The notes below the pieces were generated by a model. The model was not told the origin of the DNA. It did not search any database and was given only the letters and a program-made list of their open reading frames with translations. This document shows positions 10,113 to 19,017 of a DNA stretch of 64,000 nt, piece after piece. Made by a program: the position numbers and the translations under genes. Numbering within the stretch: position 1 is the first letter of the stretch; every line of letters begins with the position of its first letter. Source of the stretch: a virus (lineage: Duplodnaviria; Caudoviricetes); the IMG/VR virus record IMGVR_UViG_3300028591_000094, positions 1 through 64,000 of that record; one strand, written 5' to 3'.

Positions 10113-11330
10113 ATGTACGTAGACACCAAATGGATGGCTGAGAAATACAATTACTACAACAAACTCTGTTTCAACGGAGTGTGTCCTCCATGCAAGTTCA
10201 AGACTAACAACAGAACCGACAGTTGGGGATTGGCTATATGCCAGTTTGCCCCTGATTACTACAGCTACCTCGGCTATCACGCCGAGAATTACACAATAGC
10301 AATGTCCAACGCGTGGGACAGTCCCGAGGATTCCAGGATAAACACTTTGGTTCACGAGATGATTCACATTATGGACTACGAATATCACCTCGAACACTAT
10401 ATTGCAAAAGACAGGTACGGTAACGTGAAACAAGTGAAAGGATATGATGCCCATGGCCCAGTCTACTTTCTCAAAGAAGCCGCTCGGCTGAAAAAATATG
10501 GTCTTGACATAACCAAAAACGTCACGGATGAGGAAATGGCGGTATCGCAGCTCTCCCCGAAAATATCCAACAGGGAATATGTTCTGGTGTGCATCCACTG
10601 GAACAGAAACTCAGAGAGAGGCGCCAGACAACGCGATGAATGTTTCTGCTTGAAAACCACACTGAACACTTTCCAGAAATCAATCCAACCGATAATTTTC
10701 CGCCACTACGGGCGCCCAGAGGAATGGAAAACAGCTGGTATGAGCAAGGAAAGTACAATCAATTATATCGAAGGTTACACAACACACAGTGAAAAATACC
10801 AACTGGTACCGTCGGTAAGAGGCTTCAAGGGTCATTATTGCAGTGAAGAAAAATGGAAAAACATTCTTGACAACATTGGGGACGACAAGCACCTGTCAAT
10901 CTACCTGGTCTATAACACCTCAGAACCTACCACTCCCGCCAAGCAGATACCCGAGCCAACTCCAGAGCCTGAACTCAGTGAACCTGAAGCCAATCTCCCG
11001 AAAGACGGCGATAAACAGTCCGAAATCATACCGAGCTTCACGCTGAGACTGACCGACGGCAGAGGCAAGGTTTTCCAGAATAAAACCAGAGAGGAATTAA
11101 GACAAATAATCAAAAAACTGTTCCCCAGCATGAAAGACGAAACAATTGAAAAACTGATAGACAACCCAGGCAACAGAAAGGTTGCTGAATCCAGAAACAC
11201 TTTCGGAAACCTGTTGAACGAAGTTTTGGAGGAACAGTCGTTCTCAGATGAAGATGCAAATCCAGAGGAACTATTCCGAGGACAAATGTTCATGAGAAAG
11301 GACGGAACAATTGAAATGTGCTTGGCATAA
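10113..11330 (+). CDS. SprT-like zinc metalloprotease domain protein
   Basis: NTLVHEMIH...AHGP.F; ATG at 10113 preferred over TTG at 10014 because TATTTATA lies at 10070-10077. Confidence 0.8.
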   Translation: MYVDTKWMAEKYNYYNKLCFNGVCPPCKFKTNNRTDSWGLAICQFAPDYYSYLGYHAENYTIAMSNAWDSPEDSRINTLVHEMIHIMDYEYHLEHYIAKDRYGNVKQVKGYDAHGPVYFLKEAARLKKYGLDITKNVTDEEMAVSQLSPKISNREYVLVCIHWNRNSERGARQRDECFCLKTTLNTFQKSIQPIIFRHYGRPEEWKTAGMSKESTINYIEGYTTHSEKYQLVPSVRGFKGHYCSEEKWKNILDNIGDDKHLSIYLVYNTSEPTTPAKQIPEPTPEPELSEPEANLPKDGDKQSEIIPSFTLRLTDGRGKVFQNKTREELRQIIKKLFPSMKDETIEKLIDNPGNRKVAESRNTFGNLLNEVLEEQSFSDEDANPEELFRGQMFMRKDGTIEMCLA

Positions 11331-11365
11331 AAAAAGGAGGCTGAAAAACAGTCTCCTTATTTTTT
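11328..11365. terminator. bidirectional intrinsic terminator
   Basis: A-run, AAGGAGGCTG-loop-CAGTCTCCTT, T-run between convergent genes. Confidence 0.7.
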
Positions 11366-13267
11366 CTTTAATGCTTCCCTCATTGTTGCCGTATAGTCTG
11401 GGACGCTGATTTTCTCATACGAGCCATCTTCTTTCAGCCAGATTATCTTTCGGTCGGATATTTCATATCCGAGCTGCATTAAACACAAGGAATAACAAGC
11501 CAACTGCATGATGTAATATGAATATGACTCGTCATAGAGGTTGGTGAACGGAGCTAGCGCCATCCCAGCAACATCGCCGTATTTTTCCTGAACCGAACGG
11601 TTGTAACTGCTTGTTAATTCTTTATTTGTGTTATGTGTAACTAACAACATTTTATCGGCTAGATAAGTATTGGTCGGGCTATCAACTCCAATGCATTTTG
11701 TTGGTACACTCGTACATGGTGTGATTGATGCTATGATTCTTCCAGTGTCATATGATTTCTTATGTGAAACAACATTTATTTTTCTTGACAGAAATGGATA
11801 GATATCAGTGGAAAAACAAACATCAAATTTGTCAAACGTTTTTTTCTTTACACAATTGTTACATTTTCCTTTTGCTTTAATAACAGTTGGTTTGATACCC
11901 AAACTAGTTAATAATTTTACACTAAAATTAACTTGTGATTCTCTTGTGGTTGATAAACTATAGCGGTTGCGTGTCTTGTTGTAGTACCCATCAGTATCCA
12001 TTAATCCCCTTAATAAATCTAACCTTTGTTCATAAGTGGAATTTGTAATATATATATCTGGTATGTGTTTATTATTCAACACTCCAAGTTCTCGTAATAA
12101 TGGACTTAGCCCATATATAACTCTTGTTTTAGCTTTACCGCAATGGACGCCATCGTTAACATTTTTTCCCACTTTATACCCTCTCTTTTCAATTTCATTA
12201 AAAATTTCATCATACATGTTTGTGACATATCCACTTGCTGAATGCCCATCACCAAGCCAAACACCAAATACATAAGGGTCTATTGGCAAATTTGTTAAAT
12301 TAGTGTTGTTTAAAGCTTTGTTTGTGAAAATTCTGACGGCGTAATAAGTTTTTTTTGCTTTATCCCCAATTTCGTTTAAATAAAGCATTAACTCATGAGC
12401 TGTCATTACTTTATCACGCCCCCAACGTTGTGAATAAACAAGCCATCTATGGTCGGTGTCACAAACAATGCTATAATTATCACTAAAATTTATCTTCACA
12501 CAAGGATTGTTGTGTACTTCCGATACGTGTATTATTTTAGTTTCATTGCCTTCTTTGTCATAAACAATATCATCAGTGGTTAGTTCACCCATCGGCTTAA
12601 AACCATGTGTGGTTAAAATTGGCGTGTCTAAAGGCAATCCCTTCCAATCATAAATTAAGAGTTTCCACTTTTCATCTTTCGCTTTATATGCAAACAGCAT
12701 ATCAAAAGTTCCAGCATAAGGAGCAACATCCCCATATTCTGGGGTTAACCCCATATACACCTGAGCCTCTGGTATGACAGGGTAAATGTTGTCAACGGTG
12801 AACAAATCCTCATAGAACTTCAGTACTGCATCCTGTTTATTTCCATATGGAATTAAATAGCCTTTCTCGTATTGAGGCTTGATAACATCGGGTATCAACT
12901 CAGGGTGACCCATGAAAAAGTACATATACGATTCGCCGTAAAGATGTGTTAAACTCCCGTTGTTTGTTGCCCTGACGTTGTTCTCCTCCCACATGCGCTG
13001 AACAGCCTCTTTTGTCATGTCGTGTTTCAACGCATAGTTGGCTGCCTTCTCGTCCCAATCCACATACGGCTGGAACTGATGGGTTGTGGCTGACACGCTG
13101 GGCAACGTAACAACGCTGCCGTCGTCGTTATGCAGGTAGTATATGTGCGGTCCTTCCTGGAACTCAAGTCTGCGGAACGAGTTCTTGATATTCTCCCTTA
13201 TAGCCTTGACCTCCTCTGGTTCTGGACGCCTTGCAAGTCTTTCTTCAATATCCTTAATGTTCAGCAT
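11357..13267 (-). CDS. PD-(D/E)XK (RecB-like) exonuclease containing an intein
   Basis: GSLTH, PEAQVY, AGTFDML, IYDWK|T, YIMQLACY; intein interrupts DWK-T. Confidence 0.85.
   Translation of the reverse strand: MLNIKDIEERLARRPEPEEVKAIRENIKNSFRRLEFQEGPHIYYLHNDDGSVVTLPSVSATTHQFQPYVDWDEKAANYALKHDMTKEAVQRMWEENNVRATNNGSLTHLYGESYMYFFMGHPELIPDVIKPQYEKGYLIPYGNKQDAVLKFYEDLFTVDNIYPVIPEAQVYMGLTPEYGDVAPYAGTFDMLFAYKAKDEKWKLLIYDWKGLPLDTPILTTHGFKPMGELTTDDIVYDKEGNETKIIHVSEVHNNPCVKINFSDNYSIVCDTDHRWLVYSQRWGRDKVMTAHELMLYLNEIGDKAKKTYYAVRIFTNKALNNTNLTNLPIDPYVFGVWLGDGHSASGYVTNMYDEIFNEIEKRGYKVGKNVNDGVHCGKAKTRVIYGLSPLLRELGVLNNKHIPDIYITNSTYEQRLDLLRGLMDTDGYYNKTRNRYSLSTTRESQVNFSVKLLTSLGIKPTVIKAKGKCNNCVKKKTFDKFDVCFSTDIYPFLSRKINVVSHKKSYDTGRIIASITPCTSVPTKCIGVDSPTNTYLADKMLLVTHNTNKELTSSYNRSVQEKYGDVAGMALAPFTNLYDESYSYYIMQLACYSLCLMQLGYEISDRKIIWLKEDGSYEKISVPDYTATMREALKKK
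11630..12640 (-). mobile_element. class-3 intein (337 aa) with LAGLIDADG homing endonuclease
   Basis: block A GLPLDTPILT, block B DHRW, block F TKCIGV, block G VTHN followed by T; GVWLGDG and LLRGLMDTDG motifs. Confidence 0.88.
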
Positions 13268-13901
13268 TTTCTTCGAAATAGTTTTTGTATTTTCTGCTCA
13301 TGGTGTCGATTGCACCGCCGTAGGTGCCAGTCTGCCCGTATCTGCGGTTCAACACTGCGACATACGTCTCCCTCGACGGCTTGTTGTGACCGAACATGCT
13401 GTAGTCCCACAGCACCCTGTCTATGACACAAGCCTCCCAGTTGTTGTATACCCCGTACCCCTTGTACGACTTGTTGCGAATCTGCGTGGTCTTGCGTTTG
13501 GACGCCTTTTTCATGCCGAGGACGTTGTTGGCGTTGAGAGCCAGGTCGGACACACCGAATCCGCTCTCCATCTGAACCTGTGCCATTATTATGTCTGGGT
13601 ACCAGGCATTGATTGAACTGAGCAGCGAAGCCACACTATCCTTCGATATGGGCTCATGCGTGCAATGACTCGTTACATGGTATTCGCCGACCTTCATCAG
13701 AAGCATGTCGGTTTGGTGTACCGTCTCCAGCGAGTCTATGCAAGCTTGCATGGTTTCAACCTGTTCATCATATTTCACAATTGCTTTGTTCTGCGTCATT
13801 ATTCGGACGGCGGCTGCCAGCATGATTGCTATGCCGAGAACCACTATGACGCTCTCTATTGTCTTCCGTGTTTCTTCTGTCATCATACTACTAATATACA
13901 A
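13254..13901 (-). CDS. GH73 glucosaminidase-like cell-wall hydrolase with N-terminal membrane anchor
   Basis: AQVQMESGFG.S.LA...NNVLGMK...YGVYNNW. Confidence 0.8.
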   Translation of the reverse strand: MYISSMMTEETRKTIESVIVVLGIAIMLAAAVRIMTQNKAIVKYDEQVETMQACIDSLETVHQTDMLLMKVGEYHVTSHCTHEPISKDSVASLLSSINAWYPDIIMAQVQMESGFGVSDLALNANNVLGMKKASKRKTTQIRNKSYKGYGVYNNWEACVIDRVLWDYSMFGHNKPSRETYVAVLNRRYGQTGTYGGAIDTMSRKYKNYFEENAEH

Positions 13902-13922
13902 TTTTTTTTATTTATTGTGTCG

Positions 13923-14352
13923 GTTGTAAATACCTATAAAAGTGTATCCCAACACAATTTGCGAAAAAATGCGCATACGCTACACCCGTTGTAAATACCT
14001 ATAAAAGTGTATCCCAACACAATTTTGCCCCCGTGTTTCCGTGGGTCTATCACAGTTGTAAATACCTATAAAAGTGTATCCCAACACAATTTAACAGTTC
14101 TGAGTTTTTGTACAATATAAGTTGTAAATACCTATAAAAGTGTATCCCAACACAATCGTGTCAACCTTCAATTCCTTCAACGTGTGTTGTAAATACCTAT
14201 AAAAGTGTATCCCAACACAATAGAGTGCAGAGTGGACGTTCTGACTGGCTCGTTGTAAATACCTATAAAAGTGTATCCCAACACAATATTTTAAAAATAT
14301 CATAGGTCTATTGAATGTTGTAAATACCTATAAAAGTGTATCCCAACACAAT
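13923..14352 (-). CRISPR. CRISPR array: 7 identical 36-nt repeats, 6 spacers of 29-31 nt
   Basis: repeat (minus strand) ATTGTGTTGGGATACACTTTTATAGGTATTTACAAC; + strand starts at 13923, 13988, 14055, 14121, 14186, 14252, 14317. Confidence 0.98.
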
Positions 14353-14383
14353 ATAATTTGTGTAAACCAATATAAATCAATAA

Positions 14384-14393
14384 GTCAAAGAAC
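14384..14393 (-). promoter_or_regulatory. boxA-like antitermination site in the CRISPR leader
   Basis: GTTCTTTGAC, the same core as in both tRNA-operon leaders. Confidence 0.6.
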
Positions 14394-14425
14394 TAATCAG
14401 TGTAAAAAAATGGGGCGGGTGGGTA

Positions 14426-16741
14426 TTATTTCTCACCCCAATTGGTTGTTTTTCCCATCTTAAGCAGGATACCAGCTACCGTGGCTGGGTATTTGGTTGT
14501 AGCTTTCAGGAACGGTTGGTCGTACACCCCGTCCTTTTTTGACGGATGGAGACACATAACCTCTCTCATTTCCTGGTTTTCCACAATGTACGCGATGTTA
14601 AGGGCTGCGTTGATGTCCGCATTCAATCCGTTTTTATGATATTCCTGACCGTGGCGCACAAGCTTTTTATCAACCAGTTTCAATTTCTTTTTATTCTTGT
14701 TTTTCGGGTCAACCGTCTCCTTGACATATATTGTGTGTGTCTTGGAGTCCATCTGTGACGTATATGACGGCGGCACCAGAACGGTCTGTATCGAGCCGTT
14801 GTTTCCGAGTTGTATGAACTTGTCCTTTACATCGGCGAAGTGGATGTTCTTTAACACCTTGTTGTTGAACAGGCTCTTGGCTTTTTGAGCCTCGCCAGCT
14901 GCCGTGAGAGTTATGTCGGTGATATTACCGTCGCCATCAGTCTTGAAATCATACCAATCCTTATTGCTCTCGGTCATTACCGCGTTATATTTGTCCGAAT
15001 CGACCTGTTGTCCAAGTAATCCATAGTACGACAGCAGCGATTTCGGTGACTTTACAGTTGAATAGTTGTCGAATTGCGAGGTTGTCAGATTTTCCAGGCC
15101 CACCGTGTCGTAATTGTTGTCGCCAAACACCTTGTAGGCATATGTGATGATATTGTCCCTACAGCCTATGATTCCAGCGACAGCGTTGTCCATCTTGGCA
15201 ATCAGTTCCTGGGCTTCCCTGGTTTGGATAAACGGATTCTCCCAACGGCGTTTGTCCATCGTCTCCTTGGTCTCCGTGGACTGGTCGTTGTATCCCTGGG
15301 CATCGTCGAACGCTTTCTGGAGTTCGGCATATTTTTTGTACAGGACGAATGAAGCCTTGCACAGGGCACGGAGTTTCTTCACGTTATGGATATAGTTGAC
15401 AACGTGTACGTCGTCGCCCTCATACTGTTTGACAAGATTGTTCAAAACCTTCTCTACGCACTTTTCGGCATTGTTGTCAGCTTCGTTGAACGGAAGACCT
15501 TTTTTGCTAAGGTATCTGGTGTAAAGCAGATTAAGTTCCAGCGGGCAGAAAGACACGTATTTGGACAAATCCTTGTACAGTTTTAAGTCGGACTTGGATA
15601 TGTATTTCACAAATTCTTCATCCTCAACTAAAGCTTTATATATGTTGACATAACCCTTCACCCATCCGTTGTCCTTTATGCTGGTCTGCATCAACATGTG
15701 CTTGGTATTAACATCGACTCCGACAACATTTTTAATCTCATGTTCAGTCTTTTCAAAGTTAAGTCCGTACGGGATGTGCACATACACGTTACCGTTCTTA
15801 ATGGTGAATATTATGGTCTGCCCATGCTGGTTGATTATGTCGGCAATGTCAACAAGTTCGCCGTTGACCCAGCGGACGGTCTGTCGATTACCCCACAACC
15901 GTATATCATAACTTCTCTTGCGGCATGGAATATGCAGGTTATATGCGCAGGTTCCCGCAACCCTGGTCAGCGTATATGGGCTAGTGCTGTTGGTTGTTAT
16001 CGTCATGGAGAATTTGTCACGGTTCAATTTCAACCCTTCGAACTGTTTAAGTGCCTCCACACCAGCGTTCATAGCCATTGTGTCGATGAGGTCGGTATGG
16101 GTCTGGTAGTACTCGCACAGGGTTTTCATACGGAACATAAGCTTGTCGCTGACATTGTCCTTCATTTCCAGATACTTCAAATGCTCTGCAAAATATTCGG
16201 GCTTGCCCCATTGCCTTCCATTGGTGAACATCTCATATATCACCTGGGACTGAATGGTTTCCTCAGTTGACTCTTCATTGATTGTTACCTTTTTGATAGA
16301 AGGCTTAAGGCTTGACATTTTCGTGGCATAGTTGCTAAATACAACTTTGCAATAACCGTTTCTTCTATAATCAGACTGACTGAAACCGAAAATATTGCCA
16401 GAATAGTTATCAATGTTTTGGGCAACCACAGCACAATACAGGGCATTGTTACGACTATTGAGGTCAAACTTGCCTTTCATAAAAATTGTATACAACGGAG
16501 CTTCCTTGTATTTGTAGCACAACTCGTAGTACACACAATTCTTGTTGTCAATATACGGCAAAAGTACTTCGCCAATCTTGTTTGTCAGATTTGAACATAT
16601 CCACTTGTTCACCAAGTCTGCATAAGCTTGAGCCTGGCGTATTCCCGCCTGAAACATTGCCCGTACTTCTGGCAGCATGTTCGTTAACATTATAACGGTT
16701 TTGTTAAGGTTGATTGTTGTGTCTGTTCTCTTGTTAGCCAT
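14426..16741 (-). CDS. casLambda: phage-encoded compact type V CRISPR effector, CasLambda family (771 aa)
   Basis: RuvC-I VGVDVNTKH, RuvC-II GLENL, RuvC-III NGLNADINAALNIAY; family-like blocks YRRNGY, QVIYEM, KGYVNIYK, SFCPLE, IHFADVKD, TSQMDS; adjacent array. Confidence 0.92.
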   Translation of the reverse strand: MANKRTDTTINLNKTVIMLTNMLPEVRAMFQAGIRQAQAYADLVNKWICSNLTNKIGEVLLPYIDNKNCVYYELCYKYKEAPLYTIFMKGKFDLNSRNNALYCAVVAQNIDNYSGNIFGFSQSDYRRNGYCKVVFSNYATKMSSLKPSIKKVTINEESTEETIQSQVIYEMFTNGRQWGKPEYFAEHLKYLEMKDNVSDKLMFRMKTLCEYYQTHTDLIDTMAMNAGVEALKQFEGLKLNRDKFSMTITTNSTSPYTLTRVAGTCAYNLHIPCRKRSYDIRLWGNRQTVRWVNGELVDIADIINQHGQTIIFTIKNGNVYVHIPYGLNFEKTEHEIKNVVGVDVNTKHMLMQTSIKDNGWVKGYVNIYKALVEDEEFVKYISKSDLKLYKDLSKYVSFCPLELNLLYTRYLSKKGLPFNEADNNAEKCVEKVLNNLVKQYEGDDVHVVNYIHNVKKLRALCKASFVLYKKYAELQKAFDDAQGYNDQSTETKETMDKRRWENPFIQTREAQELIAKMDNAVAGIIGCRDNIITYAYKVFGDNNYDTVGLENLTTSQFDNYSTVKSPKSLLSYYGLLGQQVDSDKYNAVMTESNKDWYDFKTDGDGNITDITLTAAGEAQKAKSLFNNKVLKNIHFADVKDKFIQLGNNGSIQTVLVPPSYTSQMDSKTHTIYVKETVDPKNKNKKKLKLVDKKLVRHGQEYHKNGLNADINAALNIAYIVENQEMREVMCLHPSKKDGVYDQPFLKATTKYPATVAGILLKMGKTTNWGEK

Positions 16742-16784
16742 ATTTTATTCCAATTTTTGTTTGACTGAATTTTTAATTTACACC

Positions 16785-16815
16785 TATATAACGCAACGGA
16801 ACCTGTTTTTTGTAC
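16785..16815 (-). promoter_or_regulatory. class-I phage promoter motif upstream of casLambda
   Basis: minus strand GTAC-N16-TGCGTTATATA; one of 12 copies found. Confidence 0.75.
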
Positions 16816-16885
16816 AGTCGAAATAAAAAAAAAATCTGGAATCTTTTCAAATTCCAGATAAAATTATTATGAAAACATCAACTAA

Positions 16886-17767
16886 TCAATCTTCCTCATA
16901 TTGATAGAGTGTTCCGTTCTGGTAGATAAAATATGTTGGATGTTTGTCGTTTTTCCTCAGGAGCCACACTCCGTTCTCGTCGGTCATAAGGCGGCAGTAC
17001 CTTCTGTTAACCTCGGTCTTGACCAGGATGTTGTCAGATTCATCGCTTATGGTGAAATACGTCGAGTTGGATGCGTTGTCCCTGTACAGCGTGTACACAT
17101 AGGTATCGTCGGAACATATGGCAATGACCTCGACGGTCGGCTGGCTGTCTCTCATATATACAACAACCTGTTCATATGGATATGTGTGCACATACGACCA
17201 GTATCCGTACCAGTAGAGACTCGGGACGTACCAATCATGGCATATGCGATGATGCATGTGTATAAGATGATTGTGATGAACGGGATGGAACCTTGGCGGA
17301 AGCGGGTGCATGCCGTGCGGGACTGGACGATGCGCTGGCGGGTTGGGTGTGTACTGACCAGGACGGTGGTAAACCCTGTCGCCTCTGTTGACATTGGGCG
17401 ATGGCTGTGGGCGTGAATGGGTATATCCCCTGTAAACATTACCGTTGCCCCTTCTGACAGTGTTTGAGGTGGGAGCTGGACGATGTGTCGTCGGAACTGA
17501 CGAACGCGTCACAGAACGGCTGTAATTGTATGAACGCGTCGCTGGGACTGACGGTCTTGAATACGTTGTCGACGAGGAACGGCTGTAATACGAGCTCGAA
17601 CCTCTCGATACCGATGGGGATGAATGGTATGTACCCCCTCTGTGACTGACCGACGGGGCTGACGGTCTTGAACTTGAGGCACCTCCCCTGTTGGGTGAAC
17701 CAGGTCTCTGTGCCATGCACGTGATGCCGATTAACACGGCTGTCATGATAACTGCAATCTTTTTCAT
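16886..17767 (-). CDS. secreted protein with Ser/Arg/Pro/His-rich disordered region
   Basis: signal peptide MKKIAVIMTAVLIGITCMA|Q followed by a low-complexity tract. Confidence 0.75.
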   Translation of the reverse strand: MKKIAVIMTAVLIGITCMAQRPGSPNRGGASSSRPSAPSVSHRGGTYHSSPSVSRGSSSYYSRSSSTTYSRPSVPATRSYNYSRSVTRSSVPTTHRPAPTSNTVRRGNGNVYRGYTHSRPQPSPNVNRGDRVYHRPGQYTPNPPAHRPVPHGMHPLPPRFHPVHHNHLIHMHHRICHDWYVPSLYWYGYWSYVHTYPYEQVVVYMRDSQPTVEVIAICSDDTYVYTLYRDNASNSTYFTISDESDNILVKTEVNRRYCRLMTDENGVWLLRKNDKHPTYFIYQNGTLYQYEED

Positions 17768-17882
17768 AGTTGTAATTTTATTTAAGTTTTTTCAACTATA
17801 AATATACAAATCCCTATACAGGAAATCCTGAAAAACGTACATATTTTTCGGGATTTTTCCTCATAATTTCCCCAAGCGGGAA

Positions 17883-18563
17883 TTATTCGTTCTTTGGAGT
17901 GTCGTCATTCTTCTGGATAAGATTGGTGAACATCTCGCCAACGGTGTCGATATTGTGGCGAAGTGCGAGCATTTCGTCGCCAATCTCCAAGGCATATTTA
18001 CCACTGATTGTCAGGCGATGGTGCAAAGCCGTCGACAGGTTGATTATTCTGGCAGTCGCTTTCATCATTGCCTTAGAAAGGGCAACATTCTCGCCAATAC
18101 TCTGGTCATAGACGTCTTCATCGGCACATGTTGTCTGAGCTTGCACAGTGAACGAGTCGCAATAGTCGATTGTCGAGCATTCACCGATTTTGGTGTTGAC
18201 ACCTGGAACCTGGCTGGGAAGTACCATGTCGCCGTCTTTCAAGCACATCTCATCGGGATAGTTGCGGAAACGCTGGTAATAGTTGGTATCGAAGTGAAGC
18301 ACCTTGACCTTGGAGCCTGGTATGCGATAAAACTTTGCACATTCCATGTCCTCATCACTCCAGTTGTAGATTGTCTGGATTGTTGGGAGATATTCGCCGA
18401 CAGTGTGTTTGATGAACGACGGGGTGAAGGCGAAATACTTGCGTTCGAACTCCTTGATGTTTGTCTTGACTTTGATACGGCAGGTGGTCGTTTTGCCGTC
18501 ATACCAGTATTCCTCTTTGACAATTCGCAGCGTGATAGCGTTAGGTTTGTTGTCTTTTTCCAT
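17883..18563 (-). CDS. hypothetical protein
   Basis: 226-aa ORF. Confidence 0.7.
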   Translation of the reverse strand: MEKDNKPNAITLRIVKEEYWYDGKTTTCRIKVKTNIKEFERKYFAFTPSFIKHTVGEYLPTIQTIYNWSDEDMECAKFYRIPGSKVKVLHFDTNYYQRFRNYPDEMCLKDGDMVLPSQVPGVNTKIGECSTIDYCDSFTVQAQTTCADEDVYDQSIGENVALSKAMMKATARIINLSTALHHRLTISGKYALEIGDEMLALRHNIDTVGEMFTNLIQKNDDTPKNE

Positions 18564-18592
18564 GCCTAATATTTTTGATTGGTTAAATCTAA

Positions 18593-18976
18593 TTAATGTT
18601 TCGCCTCAAGTATCGGCATGGACGCCTCTGTCGGAATGTACACGATTTTGTCAATCTGGTTGTTTGACTGCTGGCGCACCCACAGATACTGGATATATGT
18701 GCTTGTCAACTGACCGTTCTCAATCTTGATGGCTTCGGCGGCGCCTTTCGCACGTTCAATCTCGGACTGGGCGTTGAGTTTCTCAGCCTCCAGGTTAGCC
18801 TGGGCTTCGGCGATTTTGATTTGTCTGTTCTGCTCAGCCTGTGCTAGCTCGGCACGACCCTTCATTTCCATTGACCACACGCGATACTTCGGAAGACCGA
18901 ACATACATCCGATGATAATACCGCCAAGAACGATGATTGTCAGAATTGACATTAGAATAACGTTTGTACTTTTCAT
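18593..18976 (-). CDS. SPFH/band-7-like membrane-anchored coiled-coil protein
   Basis: TM, then AELAQAEQNRQI...IERAKGAAEA...YIPTEA. Confidence 0.7.
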   Translation of the reverse strand: MKSTNVILMSILTIIVLGGIIIGCMFGLPKYRVWSMEMKGRAELAQAEQNRQIKIAEAQANLEAEKLNAQSEIERAKGAAEAIKIENGQLTSTYIQYLWVRQQSNNQIDKIVYIPTEASMPILEAKH

Positions 18977-19017
18977 GTTTTTGAATAAATTTTAATTTGT
19001 TTTTGAATTGTTTTTGG

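Noticed and set aside
11357-13267. Calling the nuclease Cas4 because it is near the array
   Set aside because: The exteins lack the four-Cys Fe-S pattern; it is a generic phage PD-(D/E)XK exonuclease
14091-14303. 70-aa ORF with repeated YCVGIHFYRYLQ
   Set aside because: Translation of CRISPR repeats
13959-14316. Self-targeting spacers or a tracrRNA anti-repeat
   Set aside because: No match noticed by eye within the window; an exhaustive search was not possible
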